NCBI GenBank assembly: GCA_049999805.1
Contig: JBNGIO010006293.1
Location: forward strand, 351,102 to 407,057
DNA length: 55,956 nucleotides
DNA from: Folioceros fuciformis
Taxonomy: Eukaryota
Direction of reading: 5' to 3'
In this document: piece after piece, positions 49,238-55,956 of the stretch
Numbering within the stretch: the stretch's first letter is position 1
Layout: each line of letters begins with the position of its first letter
Position numbers and translations under genes: made by a program
Notes under the pieces: model-generated
What the model saw: only the letters and a program-made list of their open reading frames with translations
What the model was told of the DNA's origin: nothing
Databases searched by the model: none

Positions 49238-51149
49238 ATGCCGTCGAATTGGATCAGCCTTGCTGCGGTGTCCCCATTCCTGCATGTTACGGTACACGGG
49301 ATCACTCATCCCCGAGCTCACCATGCGCCCAGAAGGTGTCCAGCAACAAGTGGACTGACGTTATCGTGGCTCTCGGCAAACTCTGAGGCTGGCAACTATT
49401 GCGGGTTGAAGTCCTCGGTGGGCGGTTCCAACGTGAGGGTGAAAGGAACCGGACGGGCGGTGCATGCATCTGTGGACTCCCCATCACAGGCACAGACTCC
49501 TCGTTTTGATTTGAGCCCAGGCCAGGCAAGACTTTTTCAAACCCTGCCATCTGGCTTGCGACTCGAGGTGATTTCTCAGCTTGGGCGGGAGCAGTCGTCC
49601 GGCAAGGCACCCCTTGTGTTTATTCATGGAAGCTACCATGCAGCCTGGTGCTGGGCAGAGCATTGGTTGTCGTTTTTTTCAGATCGTGGGCATGATTGTT
49701 ATGCAATCAGCCTTCTTGGCCAGGTGGGCTTCCACTTTTCCTGCCATTTTTTTGGTTGTGTTTATCGGGTTGCATCATACAGCTGGGGGGCTGGATGAGT
49801 CCACTGGCTGTATGACAAGGTGCTTCAACGCAGAAGGTTGTGCTGTGCCGTGCTGTGCTGTGTAGGGCGGAAGTGACACTCCCCCAGCCAAGGTTGCAGG
49901 AGATCTGCAGGTATCAGTCGTGCACGTTTAGCAGCGCATTGCAGTGCTGTGAGTGGAGTGTTCTCTTCTGAGCTGATGCTCTGCCGCACTTCTCCTGATG
50001 ACTGCAGTAGTCACATGCAAGGGATGTGGCATACTTCATCCAGAGCACGCTGGCCAATGAGGCTGTGTTGGTGGGGCATTCGTTCGGAGGATTGATCGTT
50101 CAGTACTATCTCGGCCGGATGTCATGTACCGTGGAGAGGCCTTCGAATGTGGCACCTGAGGGTTGTTTCCAATCTACCAGCCTGTGCCTCACCTATGCTC
50201 ATGCTGATGCACCTTCCAGACGTGGCCCAGCTGGTGCCACTGGCCATCCTGGTGCTTGGGGAACGCTGACAGGCCAGTTGTTGTGTTACTGGCTTTGTGC
50301 AGATCACTACCCCAGGCTTGCAGCTGCCATTCTACTCTGCTCTGTCCCACCAACAGGCAATGGGTAAGCGTACAGAAACAAAAAAAACAAAACCATGTCT
50401 GCTACGTGATGACAGAACTGCTTCTTTGCTGACAGACCTTGTCTTGAGCTAATGCAGGGGTATTGTCCAACGGTATGTCTTCTCAAAACCGATCACTGCA
50501 GTGAAGGTCTCTTCCACCCAATATAGCCCTAGGTTGAATATCACAACATTGTTTTCTTGGTGCTAACATGGGATAAACCTCATGGGCCAGGTTACTCTGA
50601 GTCTGGCTGCAAAAATGTTTTCAACTTCACTATCCCTTTGCCGCGAAAGTTTTTTCTCTCCTGACATGCCAGACGACCAAGTGGAAAGGTGGGTTGCTTC
50701 AAATCTTTGTGCAGTATTCTGTTCAATTCCTCAGGGCCCTTCTGTAATTCGATGACCAAATACGCAGATACCAAGAGTTACTCAGAACAAGCTCCCGTAT
50801 ACCTCTATTCGATCTTCGAAAGCTGAACTCTTCTTTGCCAGTTGCTCTACCGGTCTCTGCCGCAACTCCGCCTGTGTTCGTTGTCGGGGCTGAGAATGAC
50901 TTCCTGGTGGTGAGTTATCTTCATGCTCTTCGTCACTTCCAAAGAAGTCTCACCCTGATTTTGACACGATTTTTCTATGGATCTTACTGGCGTCTTCTGC
51001 AGGACCATCAAGGTGTACATGAGACCCATGAGTTTTTCAAAGGGTCCAAGGAACTCATCCGAGGAGTTGCACATGACGTCATGTTAGACACAAGATGGAA
51101 GCAGGCGGCTCTCGTGCTAGCCTCATGGATCGAGAATACTCTCACCTAG
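49238..51149 (+). CDS. Alpha/beta-hydrolase family protein with transit-peptide-like N-terminus, multi-exon
   Basis: PLVFIHGSYHAAWCW, nucleophile elbow GHSFGG, VVGAENDFLV, AHDVMLD (catalytic His). Confidence 0.9.
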
Positions 51150-51349
51150 CATCAGCAATTGAACCTTATCAGAGACAGGGCTACCGTAGCCTAGGCAATG
51201 AAATCAAAGATATCAAAATGCTTCAATTTATCAGGAAGATAATAAACTTCCATGATTTTACACTAACCACAGCCTTTCAAGAAGGGTGCCATGCTAGCTA
51301 GAGTCATAGACCAATTCTCTAATCATGTACCTCTTAAGGATACTTCTCT

Positions 51350-51630
51350 GTTTTGGAGACCATGATCCTTCCTCCCCTTCCTCCTCCTTTTTGGAGTCCA
51401 TGATCCTTTTCCTTTCCTCCCTCTGGAGACCATGATCCTTCTGGACCATGATATTTTGGGTGCTGTTGGTAGTCTTCAAGACCATGATCCTTCCGGACTA
51501 TGAGATCTTGGGTGCTGTCATTAGTTTTTAGGTTCAGAACTGGACCATGATATTTTGGGTGCTGTTAGTCTTCCTGATATCTTGGGTGTTGCTGTCAGCT
51601 GTCCTTGATATCTGGGTGCTGTTAGTGATC
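51350..51630. repeat. Degenerate repeat array (ACCATGATCCTT / TGGGTGCTGTT units)
   Basis: Multiple interleaved copies of both words. Confidence 0.75.
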
Positions 51631-51874
51631 CAACCAAGATAGTTCAACCTTCTTTTCACTATGGCATATACAGATGAATTTGGACATTAGAATATATGCT
51701 TATTTATAAAATATATATTATTATCTTCACCCTTCAAAAATATATAACTAGCACATCAACAAACATTAATGAAGTAGTCTACTCAAAGCTTTTGTCGCTT
51801 AAATTATGTTTGTCTACTATGCCTAGTGCTTACACTTTTTTCGATTTGGATGGTCTTTTTCGCTGATATTAAAG

Positions 51875-52189
51875 ATGTGGAATATGGTCTCAAAATCAAA
51901 AATTTTACTATTATTTTATTTTCTGAATCTAGCTTCAAATGCCTATGTCACAGCCAAGACTTCTTTCTTATGTGACCTCGACAATACGCCAGTAAACATA
52001 ACGCTAGTTCTAAGCCAAGAAAGGATAAAATGCAACAATTATTCAAAGGTAGAGTTGATATGGTCTCAACGCGATTGCTGTCAATCTTTGGATAACACAA
52101 TAAAAGAAATGACACAAGGAACATGTAATTTATGCTCTCATTTTCATGAAGTGTATTTATCTTACTGCACAACTCCGTATTGTCCGTGA
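51875..52189 (+). CDS. Small secreted cysteine-rich protein (8 Cys), paralog A
   Basis: Hydrophobic signal-like N-terminus; C-x19-C-x14-CC-x14-CxxC-x10-C-x4-C; shares TCNLCSHFHEVY with 53479-53829. Confidence 0.8.
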   Translation: MWNMVSKSKILLLFYFLNLASNAYVTAKTSFLCDLDNTPVNITLVLSQERIKCNNYSKVELIWSQRDCCQSLDNTIKEMTQGTCNLCSHFHEVYLSYCTTPYCP

Positions 52190-53478
52190 ATGGCAAATTC
52201 TAAACAAGTTGATTTTATTTATGATGAGAATAATCTATAGCTTTTAGTGCAAGTGAATCATAGCCTTGTTGATTATTTGTAAGCGACAAGATGAAGAAAA
52301 ACGTTAATTATTTATCCAACAATAGGTATAGATTTTGCAAACATCTAGATTTGTTTCTCTTTAGGGTTGTTCATATGCTGTTAGTTTGCATTCAAAAATG
52401 ATTATGATAAATGTGTTAATATCTCCATTGATGTTGAAAATGAGTAGGCTCGATTTTAAATGACTAATATAATATAAGTAGAGTATTTTACATTATTGAA
52501 AAAGAAATGGAAAGTCCCATCTACTCCACAGATTGGAGGAACAACTCGAACAGGGTCAAAGGCCAAAAGAAGTACGAGCCCTTTCAAACATCATTCTCCA
52601 AAACTTAAATCCTTCCCTAACTTCCTTAAATCTTAAGGCACTTGAAAAAAAAAAAAAAGATAACTAATTTCCTTAAATCTTCCTTACACATGAGAGTTAT
52701 TAGGAATGGTCACCTCGGTAGTCATTTTTTTTCCAAACTACAAAGTATTATTGACAGTTAAGTTAACATATAGGAGTGTTTAGGAGAGAGAATCCCACAC
52801 AACAAACACAGTCAAAATATGAAATTGCAAGCAAATGTTGGGACTAGGGCAATTGCTAGCATATACTTGATTTTCATATTATATTCCTACAAGAAATAAG
52901 TTGGAAATGTTATTATACCAAGACATGTTTGTTCCCTGAATATACATTTGATGTATAGAATATATTCATTACATACTTGATTATATTTTTAAAATTACTT
53001 TATGTACTTAAATAATTATGGTAAAATAAAAAAAATACTACTAAATAACATATTTTTTTAATTAAGAATCTAACTACAAGAGGAATAATCCGAGTTGATT
53101 GGTCAACATATTCTATTAAAAATGTCTCTACTTTATCTAAACTTATACATGTACGTCTTCTCAATACCTAAATATGAATAAATTAAATAAAACAAAACTA
53201 ATATTGTAAAACAAAACTTATTAAGAGTAAAAATAATAATAAAAATCCATCTAGCACGGTCACCCAAAGATGTCCTAGAGGGTTAAAGTCACAAGGCATA
53301 AACATGCTCCCTACTCCTCTATATATATCATACTTCTTCCACATTTTTGCAAATTCGTATGCTCATTTGTAATCCAATGGGTGCATATATGTACTAAGAT
53401 TTTACTTTATTTTATTTCAAAAGACTCTTTACTTTATTTTCATAAAGAGAGTCGACACATGTTCATAGAGTTGCTAAC

Positions 53479-53829
53479 ATGAAGCTAGCTAAATCTGTGC
53501 ACGTGATTACCTTAAGTATGAGTTTGGGAGTATTTTTAATACATATGTTGATGATTTCGAGTGTCCATGGCGACGATAACACACCAGAATGGGCGTGTGA
53601 TTTGGACTACAATTCGATAAACATGACTAGAATTCTTGCTTATGAGGGACCTAGATGTAAAAAATACCTAAAAACTGGGCTTTGGACTATTACCGATTGT
53701 TGTTTCTACTTGGATTTAGCTATCAGGTCAGCAACCCAGTATACTTGCAATCTTTGCTCTCATTTCCATGAGGTATATGAGCGTTATTGCTTTGTCGAAA
53801 CAGGATATTGTAAGCCACGAACACCTTAA
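53479..53829 (+). CDS. Small secreted cysteine-rich protein (8 Cys), paralog B
   Basis: Signal peptide ending VHG; C-x19-C-x13-CC-x14-CxxC-x10-C-x6-C; TATA-like TATATATA about 160 bp upstream. Confidence 0.82.
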   Translation: MKLAKSVHVITLSMSLGVFLIHMLMISSVHGDDNTPEWACDLDYNSINMTRILAYEGPRCKKYLKTGLWTITDCCFYLDLAIRSATQYTCNLCSHFHEVYERYCFVETGYCKPRTP

Positions 53830-53900
53830 TTCTAGTCGATAATGGGTTACTTGGTCTTAGAATTTTGTGGGCTGATTCGTTCCATGCAATAATTCGAATG

Positions 53901-54040
53901 ACTCAAGTTTGTTCGCCAACTAATTTTGTTGGCCAATTAATTCAAAGCACTCAAGTTTGTTCGCCAACTAATTTTATTGGCCAACTAATTTGAAGCACTC
54001 AAGGTTGTTTGCCAACTAATTTTGTTGACCAACTAATTCC
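53901..54040. repeat. 48-bp tandem repeat (3 copies)
   Basis: ACTCAAG(T/G)TTGTT(C/T)GCCAACTAATTTT... at 53901, 53949 and 53997. Confidence 0.9.
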
Positions 54041-54387
54041 ATGTAGTGTAGATAGTTTCGCAGTAATGTCATTTCATATTGAAGTAGTAATATATTTCTG
54101 CATTGCAAGGGTGGTGAAAATATATTTTTAATAATGATGATTTAATTTCTCATGAATATTTATTTATTTATTTATTCCGACTAGGAGGTGGGAAGTCTAA
54201 GATGTAGTTCTTAAAAAAAATTGAAAATCTTCATACATTCTGAGTTTGTCTAAGTAGCCAAAGAATGGAAAGTTTTGTTTAGGTTTAGTTTTGTTTGGAG
54301 TTTTTGGCTTGGTTGCTGATTAGAACAAAGCTGATTAGTAATCTTGGAGATATTGACCTCGTTGTTGATTGGTGATCTTGGCAGATC

Positions 54388-54492
54388 TTTGCCTCGTTAG
54401 TTGATGTTTTTTGCCTCGTTGCTCATAAGTAGTTGATGTTTTTTGCCTCGTTGCTCATAAGTAGTTGATGTTTGCCTCGTTGCTCATAAGTA
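54388..54492. repeat. About 32-bp tandem repeat
   Basis: TTTGCCTCGTTGCTCATAAGTAGTTGATG repeated about 3 times. Confidence 0.88.
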
Positions 54493-54981
54493 ATCTTGGG
54501 TGGTTGCACATTCCATAATGTTGAACAACCCATGATAGGAGTAGGAGAACTTGATTTTGATGTCATGGCCACATAAACCTGAAAGCATTTGTGATAGGAC
54601 AGCTTGATTTTCGTGTGGTTGAAGATGTAGGAACTTGGTTTTGTGATGGATAACTTTGATTTTGATGTTTCCGCTTGGAGAGTGGTTTCAGACAGAGGCA
54701 TGCACTTCATTTAGCTGCTGTTGAGGTGATAGAGAAGTGTGACGACCCTGCTTTCCACACAGGGTTGAAGGACACCCTGACATTTGAGGTGAGGATACGT
54801 GGTGAAGCAAGTTCTCCATAGGTTGAGTGTCTTCCCGTCATCATGGTAAGCCGCAAGGAATGGAACAACTCTTGAGCAACTCTGACATTCCAAGGCCAGA
54901 CTTGCCTTACCCGTTTCTTAGCCTTCTAGAATCAAGCTAGCACTAGGACTACTGTAAAGGAAAGAAGCCAAGGTACTAGTA

Positions 54982-55956
54982 CTAAGCAGCGATCTTGGAG
55001 GAATAGCCAAACACCTCACTGAACTTCTCCACCACCAAGAGCCCAGAATCGATGGACTCCAGAGGATCCTTTCTGAGCCGATGCCTGAGGCAGTTGGGGA
55101 TGACAGTGAGGATGTCCTTGGGAGTGACCTCGTCCCTCCCGCTGAGAGCAGCCAAGGCTTTGGCAGCGCGGTTGGTGACGATGTCCCCTCTGAGGCCATC
55201 CACATCCAGCTCTGCGCACACCTTGGATATCTTCACCCGCAGATCGTGTGAGACCTTCACACTAGGCAGTCGGGCCCGAGCCTGGGTAATCTTCTGCCTC
55301 AGCTCCTCTTGCGGTCCTGCGTACAAGTCCCTGAAGGTCTGGGGGTTCTGGTCGAAGCTGCCCCTCTCCTCCACGATCTTTACCCTCAGCTCGGCGTCCT
55401 TCACGGTGCCGACTTGTGAATGCATCCCAAACCTATCCAGGAGCTGCGGACGGAGCTCCCCCTCCTCGGGATTCCCAGACCCTATTAAAATAAACCTGGC
55501 AGGGTGGGAGATTGAAATCCCCTCCCTCTCAACCGTGTTCCATCCTGAAGCAGCAGAATCCAGCAGAACATCAACCAAATGGTCATCCAGAAGGTTCACC
55601 TCGTCCACATACAGAATGCCCCTGTTCGCCTTAGCCAGCAGCCCTGGCTCGAATGCCTTCACTCCCTCGGTGAGAGCCTTCTCGATGTCGATGGTGCCGC
55701 AAACCCTGTCCTCCGTCGCTCCCAACGGCAAGTCCACCATGTTAATCTTCACGTAGGTCACAGGCAGGTCCTGCTCGTTCTGCACCCGTTGCCGGATCTC
55801 CTCGCTCATGAGCTCGGGATCTTCCGGGTCGGAATTGAACGGGTCCCCTGACACCACCTTGATCTCCGGCAACAAATCCACCAGGGCCCTTACGGTGGTG
55901 GACTTCCCCGTCCCCCTGTCCCCCATGATCATCACACCGCCTATCTTAGGATCCAC
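54982..55956 (-). CDS. CHLI: Magnesium chelatase subunit I (5' part outside window)
   Basis: [16 protein letters not shown] (Walker A), [52 protein letters not shown]. Confidence 0.97.
   Translation of the reverse strand: MDPKIGGVMIMGDRGTGKSTTVRALVDLLPEIKVVSGDPFNSDPEDPELMSEEIRQRVQNEQDLPVTYVKINMVDLPLGATEDRVCGTIDIEKALTEGVKAFEPGLLAKANRGILYVDEVNLLDDHLVDVLLDSAASGWNTVEREGISISHPARFILIGSGNPEEGELRPQLLDRFGMHSQVGTVKDAELRVKIVEERGSFDQNPQTFRDLYAGPQEELRQKITQARARLPSVKVSHDLRVKISKVCAELDVDGLRGDIVTNRAAKALAALSGRDEVTPKDILTVIPNCLRHRLRKDPLESIDSGLLVVEKFSEVFGYSSKIAA

Overview
Eukaryotic plant nuclear DNA: gene-dense, with short spliceosomal introns and two 100-N scaffold gaps. The mix of WW-, PG- and KP/GRP-type PLS-PPR genes points to a hornwort (or fern/lycophyte) genome; this is inferred. 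The first ~15 kb is repeat-rich and holds an orphan RING-H2 gene and a cluster of decaying WW-type PPR editing-factor copies. After that come a class IV sirtuin, a LEA-like plastid protein, a PLS-E+ PPR convergent with a PLS-DYW:KP(GRP) candidate U-to-C editing factor that has an N-terminal OSB-type PDF motif, then ALG1, an HxGH nucleotidyltransferase, a TPR-DnaJ protein, a glycine-rich protein and SEC10. The end of the window has an unusual ubiquitin-ribosomal protein uL6 fusion head-to-head with an alpha/beta hydrolase, an AT-rich island with two paralogous secreted 8-Cys peptides, and CHLI (cut by the window edge). Best novelty candidates: the ubiquitin-uL6 fusion, the PDF-PPR-GRP protein and the 8-Cys peptide pair. 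All family assignments are from motif recognition, not database searches.
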